NCBI GenBank assembly: GCA_035327825.1
Contig: DAOLCO010000004.1
Location: forward strand, 5,950-69,949
Origin: Oligoflexia bacterium
GTDB lineage: Bacteria; Bdellovibrionota_C; UBA2361; SZUA-149; DAOLCO01
DNA: 64,000 nt
Direction: 5' to 3'
The notes under the pieces are model-generated. The model was not told the DNA's origin. It saw only the letters and a list, made by a program, of their open reading frames with translations, and ran no database searches. Position 1 is the first letter of the stretch, and each line of letters starts with the position of its first letter. This document shows positions 50,289-59,758 of the stretch, one piece after another. The position numbers and the translations under genes were made by a program.

Positions 50289-51071
50289 ATGAAGTCTTGT
50301 GTAAATACAGCCAAGGTCTTGCCAAGGGATAAAGTGGATAATCTGGTTCAAATTATGTCACCAGTTTATAACGAAGGTGATGCTGTACTAAAATTGTACT
50401 CAGAACTTGTAGATGTTAACAACATACACTTTGATAGATTAACTTTTGTATATGATTTTGATGGTGATACTACTTTGCCTTTCATAAAATCTCTTTGTGA
50501 AAAAGACACCAGAGTAAGGGCAGAAAAAAATACCTTTGGAAAAGGTGTAATCAATGCCATGAAATGGGGATTCTCCAATGCCGAACCAGGGCCTTTTATT
50601 GTTGTAATGGCTGACAATTCTGATAAGCTCTCTATCATTCCTGAATTGATTCGTTTGTGGGACGAAGGTGCAAAAGTAGTTGTACCTTCTCGTTATATGA
50701 AAGGTGGTAAGCAGCATGGAGGCCCAAAACTTAAAAAATTCTTGTCCGGCTTTTCAGGTCGTGTACTTAAATTAGCAGGGTTTCCAACCTCCGATCCTAC
50801 CAATAATTTTAAACTTTATGATGGGAACTGGTTAAGATTACAAAAAATTCAAAGTTCTGGTGGATTTGAAGTGGCTTTGGAGCTCACAGGAAAAGCTTTT
50901 CTTGGGGGCTTCTCTATTAAGGAAATACCTACAGAATGGTGGGACAGAACTCAAGGGAAAAGTAATTTCCGAATGTGGGCCTGGTTACCCCTATATCTCA
51001 AGTGGTACATTCCATTACTTCTTAAAACTCCATTTTACAAACTGAAAAGAATTTTAAAGGGGATTAATTAA
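50289..51071 (+). CDS. GT2 polyprenol-phosphate glycosyltransferase (DPM1/ArnC-like)
   Basis: IVVMADNSDK and VVVPSRYMKGG...FLSGFSGRVL resemble dolichol-phosphate mannosyltransferase-like GT2s. Confidence 0.65.
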   Translation: MKSCVNTAKVLPRDKVDNLVQIMSPVYNEGDAVLKLYSELVDVNNIHFDRLTFVYDFDGDTTLPFIKSLCEKDTRVRAEKNTFGKGVINAMKWGFSNAEPGPFIVVMADNSDKLSIIPELIRLWDEGAKVVVPSRYMKGGKQHGGPKLKKFLSGFSGRVLKLAGFPTSDPTNNFKLYDGNWLRLQKIQSSGGFEVALELTGKAFLGGFSIKEIPTEWWDRTQGKSNFRMWAWLPLYLKWYIPLLLKTPFYKLKRILKGIN

Positions 51072-51121
51072 AAGGTTATTAAAATTCAGAACCAGTAAAC
51101 CTTTTATTGAGTTAAGTTTTA

Positions 51122-51658
51122 ATGGCAGAAGAAGGTGTAAATAAAGACAAAAAAGGAAAAAAAACTTCGACAGATAAGGAGCAGAAAAATTTCGGTTTAT
51201 CTCATCGAAAAAAAATCCTGATTTCAAGTTTAATATTTCTGATTATTATTTTCACACTTATCACTGTTTACTTTTGGTCTATAAATAAAAAAAATGATAC
51301 CCAACTACACGATGAGAATAAACTAACTGTAATTGAAGTAGATGATCCTGATGAAGTTTTAGAAGGTGCCGTAATGCCTCTAGAACCATTTGTTATAAAT
51401 TTAAAATCAAATACTGGAATACTTTATCTGAAGGTAGCAGTTCAATTTTATGATACAGTTCCAAACGAAGAAACCCTTGGAAGAATTCCTGCAGTACGTG
51501 ATTTTATTATAGAAACTTCATCGGGCTTTTCGGCAGAGGAGCTGTTAAGAAAAGGACCTGAATCTTTACGCCTTGCCATACAACAAGGCATTAATCAGAG
51601 ACTACCAGAAGAAGACCAGGCACATAATGTCTTTATAGAGCAATTTCTGATAAGATAA
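51122..51658 (+). CDS. fliL: flagellar basal-body-associated protein FliL
   Basis: Basic N-terminus, single TM helix (ILISSLIFLIIIFTLITVYF) and LEPFVINLKSNTGILYLKVAVQFYD match FliL. Confidence 0.75.
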   Translation: MAEEGVNKDKKGKKTSTDKEQKNFGLSHRKKILISSLIFLIIIFTLITVYFWSINKKNDTQLHDENKLTVIEVDDPDEVLEGAVMPLEPFVINLKSNTGILYLKVAVQFYDTVPNEETLGRIPAVRDFIIETSSGFSAEELLRKGPESLRLAIQQGINQRLPEEDQAHNVFIEQFLIR

Positions 51659-51685
51659 TAAGTGGTAAAAACCAGTTATTATCAT

Positions 51686-52201
51686 CTATACGTCATCCTC
51701 ATCCTCTCTCTCAGGAGGAGTGTTAACTTCATCCAGGGTAACAATTCTGGGAGGAATTTTGAGAGCGTTTGCTATATCCTCAGGAAGGGGAGGTGGTGGA
51801 GCTGAAAGCTGTGCCTTTAAGTCATCAGGAAGCTCCTGTGGGCCCATTTCAAGTTGACGTTTTAGATCATCAGGAAGCTCTGGTGGGGGAGCATCCAGTT
51901 GCGCTTGTAAATCAGGAGGAAGATCAATGGGATTGTTACTCTCCGGTTTTAACGAAGCCCGGGAAATATCTTCGGGAAGATTCAAGTCTCCCTTTAGGGT
52001 AGTCGAATAGTTTGAATTGGCTTTATCACTATCATCTTTAATTGGCTGTGAACTCTTGGTTTTATCACTAAGAATGTTGGAAGAATTTGTTTTAGCAGTA
52101 TTACTCCCGGAATTTTCGATATTTCCACGTAAATCACTGGAGAAATAGAAATACGCTACAGCGAGAAGCAGGACATAAATCAGCAAATTATTCTTTTTCA
52201 T
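51686..52201 (-). CDS. secreted proline-rich repeat protein
   Basis: Signal peptide, then imperfect repeats PPxLPDDLKxQL (three or more copies). Confidence 0.5.
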   Translation of the reverse strand: MKKNNLLIYVLLLAVAYFYFSSDLRGNIENSGSNTAKTNSSNILSDKTKSSQPIKDDSDKANSNYSTTLKGDLNLPEDISRASLKPESNNPIDLPPDLQAQLDAPPPELPDDLKRQLEMGPQELPDDLKAQLSAPPPPLPEDIANALKIPPRIVTLDEVNTPPEREDEDDV

Positions 52202-52341
52202 AATTACTTATTATCATTAGGAGTTTCTAATAGCAAAAATCAAACGCTCTCTCACTCACAGACGAATACCTACCTGGAAATATTCTCAGATTATGTAATA
52301 CTCCGGTATTAACTTTATTACTATTCTATTTCCCGCCCGGT

Positions 52342-53361
52342 ATGACATCATTGATTAATTATTTTATCAGGTTCCGGTTTATTACTTTGTTAATATTTGT
52401 TGTTCTGTTTTGTACTTTGATTCCTGCCTGCACCCTTCCTCCTTCTGATAATTCCCCAAGGTTTCTTGATATGCAAGAATTTGCCCAGATTAGCAATCTG
52501 ACTAACGCAAAAGCATATCTCAAAGCAGGTCAAATAGGACGGGCTGAACCTATATTACGAAGAATGGTTAGGGACAATCCAGACCTTGTGGTAACACTCA
52601 ATGATCTTGGATATTTGTTGTTACTTGATGGGAGGTATGAGGAAGCAGAGAAAGTTTTTAATGATGCATTAAGGATTGAACCCAGGCTCATATCGATCAG
52701 AATTAATCTTGCCAGAGTTTATTCCCTTACAGAAAAATATAGTGAAGCCATTAAACAATATGAAATTGCTGAAGATATAATTTACAATCTTTCAACAAGA
52801 AGTTATGAAGAAATCAACAAAGAACCCGTTGTTCCAGGGCTTATCGCAAAAATTAAAAGAAACAAGGCGTCTATTTACTACCTTATGGGAGAGTATGATG
52901 AAGCAATCTGCAATTCATTAATAGCCCAAATGGAAAATCCGGTTATGCAGGAGGTCAGTATTCACTCAAGACTTCTAATGTCTCTTGAACTATTGTCTGC
53001 TGCTCATGAACTGCTAAAATCAGCTCTTATAGTACATGAAGACAGGCTTCCAGCCAGCATGATGTTCGACTACGGACTTGTTTTGGTAGCCATGGAATCT
53101 TTCGATACCGCGATTCTTGTTTTTGATCGGGTTTTGGGGATAAGTGCACTTGGCATGGAGGAAAAGACAGCAAGCAGATTTCTGAGATATGCAATTGAGA
53201 AAAACCCATCAGAAGCTCTTTTAATAAAGGAATCCCTACTGGATGACGCGCTTTCTCCATGCAAAAGAAATAAATTTGATTCGGCTGGCTACTGGCCGTA
53301 TCATGTAAATCAATTAATTCTGGATTCATACAAAGAGGTTTGTAGAAGTGGAACAACCTAA
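52342..53361 (+). CDS. TPR-repeat lipoprotein
   Basis: Signal peptide with a lipobox-like LIPAC. TPR-like repeats (LNDLGYLLLLDGRYEEAEKVFNDAL). Confidence 0.6.
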   Translation: MTSLINYFIRFRFITLLIFVVLFCTLIPACTLPPSDNSPRFLDMQEFAQISNLTNAKAYLKAGQIGRAEPILRRMVRDNPDLVVTLNDLGYLLLLDGRYEEAEKVFNDALRIEPRLISIRINLARVYSLTEKYSEAIKQYEIAEDIIYNLSTRSYEEINKEPVVPGLIAKIKRNKASIYYLMGEYDEAICNSLIAQMENPVMQEVSIHSRLLMSLELLSAAHELLKSALIVHEDRLPASMMFDYGLVLVAMESFDTAILVFDRVLGISALGMEEKTASRFLRYAIEKNPSEALLIKESLLDDALSPCKRNKFDSAGYWPYHVNQLILDSYKEVCRSGTT

Positions 53362-55123
53362 AAAATCTGATCCATCAGGCAATAATGAAAATAATGATCT
53401 TTTAGATATCGAAGATTATAATGATTCTATTTCTAAAGAAAAGTCCGGGATAAATGCCAATTCATTTAATCCTGATGTTTTAACCTTGAGGCCAGTTTCT
53501 GTTTCCGATCCCATGTCCTCAGTTTCATTTTCACCAGAACCCCTTTCAAATGATTATGATTATTCTGACTGGAATTTCAATACTGAAAACACAATTAATC
53601 AGCCGATTCAGGATTCTTCATCTGATTACTTTTCGCCTACCGATGACAGAAGTCAATATGGAATGAAATTTCAACAGTCATATTTACAGGGTCGATATTC
53701 AAACAGATCAGGTGGCAATGTAGTAAGTATGTCCAAAGGCCCTTCGGGACGTGTCCCTCCTCACTCACCTGAATCTGAACAGGCAGTTCTTGGCGGGGTT
53801 CTTTTGGACAATGAAGCACTGCACAGTATAGTTGAAATACTTGGCCCAAAAGATTTCTACAGGGGAGCTCACTCAGATATTTTTTCTGCAATGCTTTCGT
53901 TAAGCGAGAGGCATGAACCGATAGACATAGTGACCCTGAGCAGTGAACTTAAAGCAAAGGGATTACTGGATTCTGCCGGTGGCACAGAGTACCTTTCAAT
54001 TCTGGTCGATGCAGTGCCAACCTCCGCTCATATGCAGTACTACAGCAGACTCATCAGGGAGATGTCCATCAGAAGACAACTAATACATCAGGCTGGGGAA
54101 ATTTCCAGCCAGGCGTTTGAGTGGGGCACACGGATTGATGATTTACTGGATCAAGTTGAACAAAGGATTTTTGCCATATCAGAATCTAAGGTTAAACCCA
54201 GCTTCGCCCGAGTTAGTGATGTTGTAAAAGACACAATAAAGCATGTAGAAGAACTATACATAAACAATGACCAGTTAACCGGTATACCCTCAGGTTTTCA
54301 TGATTTGGATGAGATGACTTCCGGGTTTCAGAAATCAGATCTTATAATTATTGCTGGTCGACCAAGCATGGGTAAAACAGCTCTGGCACTTTCAATCGCT
54401 CGTCATGTGGGTGTTGAATGCAGTAAACGCGTAGCAGTTTTTTCTCTAGAAATGTCAAAAGAGCAGATAGTCATGCGATTGTTGTGCTCTGAAGCAAAAG
54501 TCAGTAACTCAAGGGTTCGCAGTGGGAAGCTAGCCGAAAGTGACTTTCCGAAATTAGTTGATGCTGCTTCAAAGATTTCTTGCGCTGAAATTTTTATTGA
54601 TGATACACCTGCGATTTCTGTCCTTGAACTTCGTGCAAAGGCAAGAAGACTACATAGGGAGTCTCCATTAAGTTTAATTGTTGTCGATTATCTTCAATTA
54701 ATGAGAGGAAGTTCAAGAACGGCCGAAAGACGTGATCAGGAAATATCCGAGATTTCTTCGGCGCTTAAAGCTATTGCTAAAGAGTTATCAGTTCCGGTTA
54801 TTGCACTTAGCCAGTTGAATCGTGCAGTCGAATCCAGAAATGACAAACGTCCAATGATGGCTGATCTTCGTGAGTCGGGAGCTATTGAACAGGATGCAGA
54901 TATAATAGGATTTGTTTACAGAGATGAGGTGTACCATCCTGAAACTATGGATAAGGGTGTTGCTGAACTTATAATTTCAAAGCACAGAAATGGTGCAGTA
55001 GGAACCGTTCGTCTTGGTTTCCAGGGGGAAATTACTCTGTTCGTTAATCTTGAAGAAGACCATGAAACTTATGATTATCTTGGAGCTGATCTTGGATTAG
55101 GCGAAGATGATGATTTAATTTAA
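53348..55123 (+). CDS. dnaB: replicative DNA helicase DnaB (with ~127-codon open N-terminal extension; conserved core starts at ATG 53729)
   Basis: RVPPHSPESEQAVLGGVLLDNEAL aligns with the E. coli DnaB N-terminus. Walker A GRPSMGKTALAL and a RecA-like C-terminal domain. The upstream 127 codons are stop-free and S/D/N-rich. Confidence 0.9.
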   Translation: MEQPKKSDPSGNNENNDLLDIEDYNDSISKEKSGINANSFNPDVLTLRPVSVSDPMSSVSFSPEPLSNDYDYSDWNFNTENTINQPIQDSSSDYFSPTDDRSQYGMKFQQSYLQGRYSNRSGGNVVSMSKGPSGRVPPHSPESEQAVLGGVLLDNEALHSIVEILGPKDFYRGAHSDIFSAMLSLSERHEPIDIVTLSSELKAKGLLDSAGGTEYLSILVDAVPTSAHMQYYSRLIREMSIRRQLIHQAGEISSQAFEWGTRIDDLLDQVEQRIFAISESKVKPSFARVSDVVKDTIKHVEELYINNDQLTGIPSGFHDLDEMTSGFQKSDLIIIAGRPSMGKTALALSIARHVGVECSKRVAVFSLEMSKEQIVMRLLCSEAKVSNSRVRSGKLAESDFPKLVDAASKISCAEIFIDDTPAISVLELRAKARRLHRESPLSLIVVDYLQLMRGSSRTAERRDQEISEISSALKAIAKELSVPVIALSQLNRAVESRNDKRPMMADLRESGAIEQDADIIGFVYRDEVYHPETMDKGVAELIISKHRNGAVGTVRLGFQGEITLFVNLEEDHETYDYLGADLGLGEDDDLI

Positions 55124-55226
55124 TGAATTGTGAATGATCTTGCATGGTCTTTTTGTTAAATATCCGGTTCTTGTTTTTAAGCTTTCTTTAATGTAGGAAT
55201 TATTAATTAAAAGGTTTTTCTTTTAT

Positions 55227-55301
55227 CGGGGTGTGGCGCAGCCTGGCTAGCGCGTTCGCTTGGGGTGCGAGAGGTCGGCGGTTCAAATCCGCTCACCCCG
55301 A
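55227..55301 (+). tRNA. tRNA-Pro (anticodon GGG)
   Basis: Hand-folded: acceptor CGGGGTG/CACCCCG, D-arm GCGC/GCGC, anticodon stem TTCGC/GCGAG with loop TTGGGGT, T-arm GGCGG/CCGCT with TTCAAAT loop. No encoded CCA. Confidence 0.8.
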
Positions 55302-55493
55302 TTCATTTATGAATATATAAATTTACCCCTTAATATGGTGTTAATTTATTTCCCGTCCTTCCAAAAATATTTATCAAAATAGCATCATGTTTTCAAGTAG
55401 TTGCGTTTTTTAAATTGCGGCACTTAATCTTTTAAGTGATGATTATAAGATGGCCAAGAATTTAGTTAACAAATCTTGAGTATAAAAGTCTAA

Positions 55494-56366
55494 ATGAGAT
55501 CAATTCTTTCATCATTACTCATTGCATCTTTGATGTTCATGACTGCTTGTTCCATCGGCGGGTTTGGCGCGAGAAAGCAGGTACCAGCCAAGCCTGTATA
55601 TCATACTATCAAAAAGGGGGAGAGCTTGCTTGGTATTAGTGGAAGATATCTTTCTACTCCTGATGAGATACTTTTGCTGAATGGAATGCAGACAACACGT
55701 TATCTAAGAGTTGGACAGCGATTGCTTGTTGGTTATCAGTACGAAGATGAGATTAAAACTGGTATAATGAGAGCTTCAATAAGGTCTGGATCAACTTCTA
55801 ATCAGTTGCCATCGTCGTCAGAATCAGAATTTGTTGGAGGTTCTCGTAGTGGTGATTACGTTTACCTTGAGGGAGGGAAAATTGCCTGGCCATTACTTGA
55901 AAAAGCCCGAATAGTCTCAGGATTTGGACCAAGGCGATCATCATTTCATGATGGACTCGATGTCGCTGCACCTGTTGGTACAACTATAGTCTCAGTACAT
56001 AATGGCATTGTCGCATATTCAGGGTCTGACCTTGGAGGCTATGGAAATCTTATTGTAATCAAAGGAGATGATGGATTGATTTCAGTTTATGCTCACAACC
56101 GAAAGAATTTTGTCTCTAAAGGCTCACGGGTATCCAAAGGCCAAAAAATTGCTGAGGTTGGTTCTACTGGTCGGGCAGAAGGCCCGCACTTACACTTTGA
56201 GGTTAGGGCCAAGGATACCCGTGGACGTGCTGTCGCTATTGATCCCATGCCACTTCTTAAACCTGAATATGAACAAAAGCCAAGATTCCGAGTTAATGAG
56301 AGCCTGAAACCAATTCTTGCCTGGCTTGATGGCAAATCTGATAAAACCGTAGCATCTGGAAAGTGA
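55494..56366 (+). CDS. LysM-domain M23 family metallopeptidase lipoprotein (NlpD-like)
   Basis: Lipobox MTAC; LysM motif YHTIKKGESLLGISGRY; M23 motifs HDGLDVAAPVGT and GSTGRAEGPHLHFEVR. Confidence 0.85.
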   Translation: MRSILSSLLIASLMFMTACSIGGFGARKQVPAKPVYHTIKKGESLLGISGRYLSTPDEILLLNGMQTTRYLRVGQRLLVGYQYEDEIKTGIMRASIRSGSTSNQLPSSSESEFVGGSRSGDYVYLEGGKIAWPLLEKARIVSGFGPRRSSFHDGLDVAAPVGTTIVSVHNGIVAYSGSDLGGYGNLIVIKGDDGLISVYAHNRKNFVSKGSRVSKGQKIAEVGSTGRAEGPHLHFEVRAKDTRGRAVAIDPMPLLKPEYEQKPRFRVNESLKPILAWLDGKSDKTVASGK

Positions 56367-56548
56367 ATAAAGTCAGATTGAAATCATAGGGAAGAGCCTG
56401 ACCCGATGATAAAGCTTGCGTTTATCTATCAACTGAATATAATAAAACTGCTGTTTATTTTCAAATGCTTACGTATCGATGCTGACTATTTTGGCGTCTG
56501 AATTATGGGCGTGTTAAGTGTTTTTGTTGTAGGTGTTATTTTTTACGC

Positions 56549-56622
56549 GCTCTCGTAGCTCAGTAGGATAGAGCACAGGTTTCCTAAACCTGGGGTCATA
56601 GGTTCGAATCCTATCGGGAGCA
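56549..56622 (+). tRNA. tRNA-Arg (anticodon CCT)
   Basis: Hand-folded: acceptor GCTCTCG/CGGGAGC (one G-U), D-arm GCTC/GAGC, anticodon stem CAGGT/ACCTG with loop TTCCTAA, T-arm ATAGG/CCTAT with TTCGAAT loop. Confidence 0.8.
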
Positions 56623-56767
56623 TTGTGAGTCTAAAGTAATGGGTTTAAGGCATTGGTATCGCTTATTAACTTTTTCGGTTTTTTTTGTTTATTTCCGGAT
56701 TGGTTTCTTGGCTGTTTGAATTAGTATCCCTGATAAATTTTTATTGTTTGATTAAGGATCTTAGAAT

Positions 56768-57067
56768 ATGAACAAGTCTGAGTTGGTTGAGAAAATGGCA
56801 GAGAGAAGTGGAATTGGTGTTATCCAGGCTGAAGAACTTGCTAATTTGATGTTTGGCAAAATGAAAGCATCACTTCTTAATGGCGATAGAATAGAAATTC
56901 GTGGCTTTGGAAGATTCAAGGTTAAGCAGTATGAGAGCTACTGGGGCAGAAACCCCAAGACCGGAGAGAAGATACTTGTTTCTCCAAAAAAACTACCTAC
57001 ATTCAAGTTGGGAAAAGAGCTTAAAAAGCGTTTGAATGGTGGCGAATTACCTGGTGTTGATGATTAG
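56768..57067 (+). CDS. HU/IHF-family DNA-binding protein
   Basis: GFGRFKVKQYESYWGRNPKTGEKILV carries the RNPxTGE arm signature of bacterial HU/IHF. Confidence 0.8.
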   Translation: MNKSELVEKMAERSGIGVIQAEELANLMFGKMKASLLNGDRIEIRGFGRFKVKQYESYWGRNPKTGEKILVSPKKLPTFKLGKELKKRLNGGELPGVDD

Positions 57068-57105
57068 ATAGTATTCATCTTTTTTAAAAATTTTAAAGTT
57101 ATTAT

Positions 57106-57483
57106 ATGTCGATAGACTATCTTGAAGATCTTGAAAGAATTATTGATTCAGGAAAGGACATGTATGTTTGCCCTGGTGCCCAATCTGCTGACTGGGAGCT
57201 ATCAAATGATCTGGAAAGTCTAAGAAAAAAAGCCCAGCGGACTGCAAATGCGCTCAAATTTCAGGTGCATATCTACCGCGTAATCAATAAAGGTGATACC
57301 CTTGGAGAAGATAGTTTTTTAGTTGTCCGAAAGATACTGGATTCTACTGCCAGGGGTGAGCCTAGATTTCAATGGGCTATTGTTGATACAAAGGAGGCCG
57401 CTGAAATGCTAAGGGACGTATCTCAAGGTCCAACTCCTTATTTTGGTGCAACCGTTGAAGAAACATTCCATCCTGGCAAGTAG
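57106..57483 (+). CDS. hypothetical protein
   Basis: 125-aa ORF with good coding look and no family recognised. One hand-counted 100-nt window gave ~46% GC. Confidence 0.4.
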   Translation: MSIDYLEDLERIIDSGKDMYVCPGAQSADWELSNDLESLRKKAQRTANALKFQVHIYRVINKGDTLGEDSFLVVRKILDSTARGEPRFQWAIVDTKEAAEMLRDVSQGPTPYFGATVEETFHPGK

Positions 57484-57609
57484 ACTGTATAATATTTTTG
57501 AATTCTTATGTGCCGAAGTTGCTCTTTAAATTCCTGACTTCCTGATTTGTATCGTTTCTGTTAAGTCTGATTCATAATAAAAATTTTAAATTTATTTCTA
57601 CCTGGTTAT

Positions 57610-57864
57610 ATGAAATTTACAAGAAAAAAGGTACGAGGTATCGTTAAGGGGCGTTATCTTGATGGCATTAAACCTTCATTATGGGACAAACGTGTTGATG
57701 GTCTCGATATAGTTATAGATGAGGACGGAGAGACTCTTTGTCTATATTCAACAGGTGATCAGTCTACACCTCAACCAGGCTGGGAAATTCTGATTACTGG
57801 ACAAAGACCAGATAATCCTGAATACCTTGAGTGGACTTTGTACGGAGTACAAAAAGTGACTTAA
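57610..57864 (+). CDS. hypothetical protein
   Basis: 84-aa ORF, no recognisable motif. Confidence 0.35.
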   Translation: MKFTRKKVRGIVKGRYLDGIKPSLWDKRVDGLDIVIDEDGETLCLYSTGDQSTPQPGWEILITGQRPDNPEYLEWTLYGVQKVT

Positions 57865-58021
57865 ATACTATATAAGGCTTTTACTTTTAAGGTATGCCCG
57901 ATAACATTACTTATCGGGCATGGAGGATGTGTATAGTTATTTTTATATTTAGTAATTTTATAATTCATTAACTTTTGGTGCTTAATTTCTGAATAAGTTT
58001 TTAATCACCTGAATTCTAATT

Positions 58022-59200
58022 ATGCACATTCCCTCAGATATAGAAGGACCACTGGAAATCCTGACCATTTCCGGACGAAAGTTATATTTGCTTGGCACAG
58101 CCCATGTCAGTAAAAAAAGTGCAGATGAAGTTAGATCCTTAATATGTTCAATAAAGCCAGACGTGGTGTGCATAGAGCTTTGTCATTCACGCATGGAATC
58201 ATTTTCAAATCCTGACAGATGGAAGAACACCGATATATTTGATGTAATAAAATCAGGTCGTACATTTTTATTACTTGCCCAGGTAGTTCTCGCCTCCTTT
58301 CAAAAACGTATAGCAAATAAATTGGGCATAGAACCTGGCGCAGAAATGAGAGCTGCAATAGAAGCCGCAAAAGAAGTTGGCTCCAGAGTAGAAGTAATTG
58401 ACAGAGATGTTAAAATTACCCTCAGGAGAACCTGGAAAAAGCTTTCTATATGGTCAATTCTGAAACTTATCGCCTCTTCATTTGTATCTGTAGATCCATC
58501 CAAAGAGGTAAGCCTTGAAGAAATTGAAGCATTAAAAGGTAAAGATGAACTATCAGCTGCACTACATGAATTTTCTGAAAAATTGCCAGAAGTAAAGGAA
58601 ACTCTGGTCGATGAGCGTGACAGTTATATGTCTAGCAAACTTCAGAAGGTTCAGGGAGAAGTTATCGTTGCTGTTCTGGGCGCTGGGCATTTACCAGGAA
58701 TGACCAGACATCTCACAGCAAATGCAGTGCTGGATCACGAGCAACTAGAAGTAGTACCCCCAACAGGACTTTTTTTTAAAATACTGGGTTATTCTATCCC
58801 AATTGGTTTTGTTGGGGTAATTTTATATGCGAGTTTAACAATTGATCTGGCTACGGGGCTATCAATGATGGGCGCATGGGCAGCACTTACTGGTGCTTGT
58901 GCTGCAATTGGAGCTGGGCTTGCGCTGGCTCACCCTGTCTCTATTATTGCTGCTGCGCTTGCCGCTCCTGTTGCTTCTTTACATCCTGGTATTGCCACTG
59001 GCTGGGTTTCCGGACTGGTTGAAGCCTGGTTAAGAAAACCCAAGGTACAGGATTTCGAGTCGATTGCCGAAGACCTTGAGTCATTTAGGGGTTTTTGGAA
59101 AAATCGTGTTATGCGTATAATACTTGTAGTTTCTTTTTCTAACCTTGGATGTCTTATTGGAATGTGGCTTGGCTCGCTAGAGGTTATTCAGAAATTTTAA
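58022..59200 (+). CDS. TraB/GumN (PrgY-like) family protein
   Basis: LYLLGTAHVSKKSADEV...VCIELC near the N-terminus is the TraB-family signature. The C-terminal half is hydrophobic. Confidence 0.7.
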   Translation: MHIPSDIEGPLEILTISGRKLYLLGTAHVSKKSADEVRSLICSIKPDVVCIELCHSRMESFSNPDRWKNTDIFDVIKSGRTFLLLAQVVLASFQKRIANKLGIEPGAEMRAAIEAAKEVGSRVEVIDRDVKITLRRTWKKLSIWSILKLIASSFVSVDPSKEVSLEEIEALKGKDELSAALHEFSEKLPEVKETLVDERDSYMSSKLQKVQGEVIVAVLGAGHLPGMTRHLTANAVLDHEQLEVVPPTGLFFKILGYSIPIGFVGVILYASLTIDLATGLSMMGAWAALTGACAAIGAGLALAHPVSIIAAALAAPVASLHPGIATGWVSGLVEAWLRKPKVQDFESIAEDLESFRGFWKNRVMRIILVVSFSNLGCLIGMWLGSLEVIQKF

Positions 59201-59207
59201 TCTCATA

Positions 59208-59690
59208 ATGGAGGTCCTTAACAACATGATCAGTCTAACTTACCTCCATCCAATAGCCGCGGGCTTCCCCTTTCCTCTTTTTATAGCCGCTTTTCTCACT
59301 GAACTTATGGCCTATTTTGCTCTTACAAATCACTGGAGAAATAGTGCGTTTTTTTTGGTTATCTTGGCTTCAATATGTTCTGTAATTGCGTACTATTCAG
59401 GATTTTATCAAGTTGGAGAAGCTAATAAAACTTTTATAGTAGATCAGGATCTTATAACAAGGCATCAAGCAATAGCCCGTGTTCAAACTCTGAGTCTGAT
59501 TCCCCTTTTACTATTTGGCTTAATTCGGAGCATCAAGCAAACGGAACTTATACACTGGATATATGTTCCATTTCTTATTCTTTCATTGATCCTAACAGGA
59601 GCAACATCTCATCGTGGAGGAATGCTGGTTTTTGAACAAGGTGCTGGAATTAGCAGGCCATGTGAAAAGACAATTCCTGATCCTGAATAA
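59208..59690 (+). CDS. integral membrane protein (4 TM, DUF2231-like)
   Basis: Four hydrophobic segments; no catalytic motif. Confidence 0.45.
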   Translation: MEVLNNMISLTYLHPIAAGFPFPLFIAAFLTELMAYFALTNHWRNSAFFLVILASICSVIAYYSGFYQVGEANKTFIVDQDLITRHQAIARVQTLSLIPLLLFGLIRSIKQTELIHWIYVPFLILSLILTGATSHRGGMLVFEQGAGISRPCEKTIPDPE

Positions 59691-59758
59691 TGTTATACTA
59701 AAAGTGGAATCTTGTACTTTTTCAGCTTTGCTAGTTGTTTCTAACAAAAACAGCATAA

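Noticed and set aside
55227-59200. Prophage or integrative element at tRNA-Pro or tRNA-Arg
   Set aside because: No integrase, recombinase, phage structural genes or att-like direct repeats were seen nearby. Only a low-interest note is retained.
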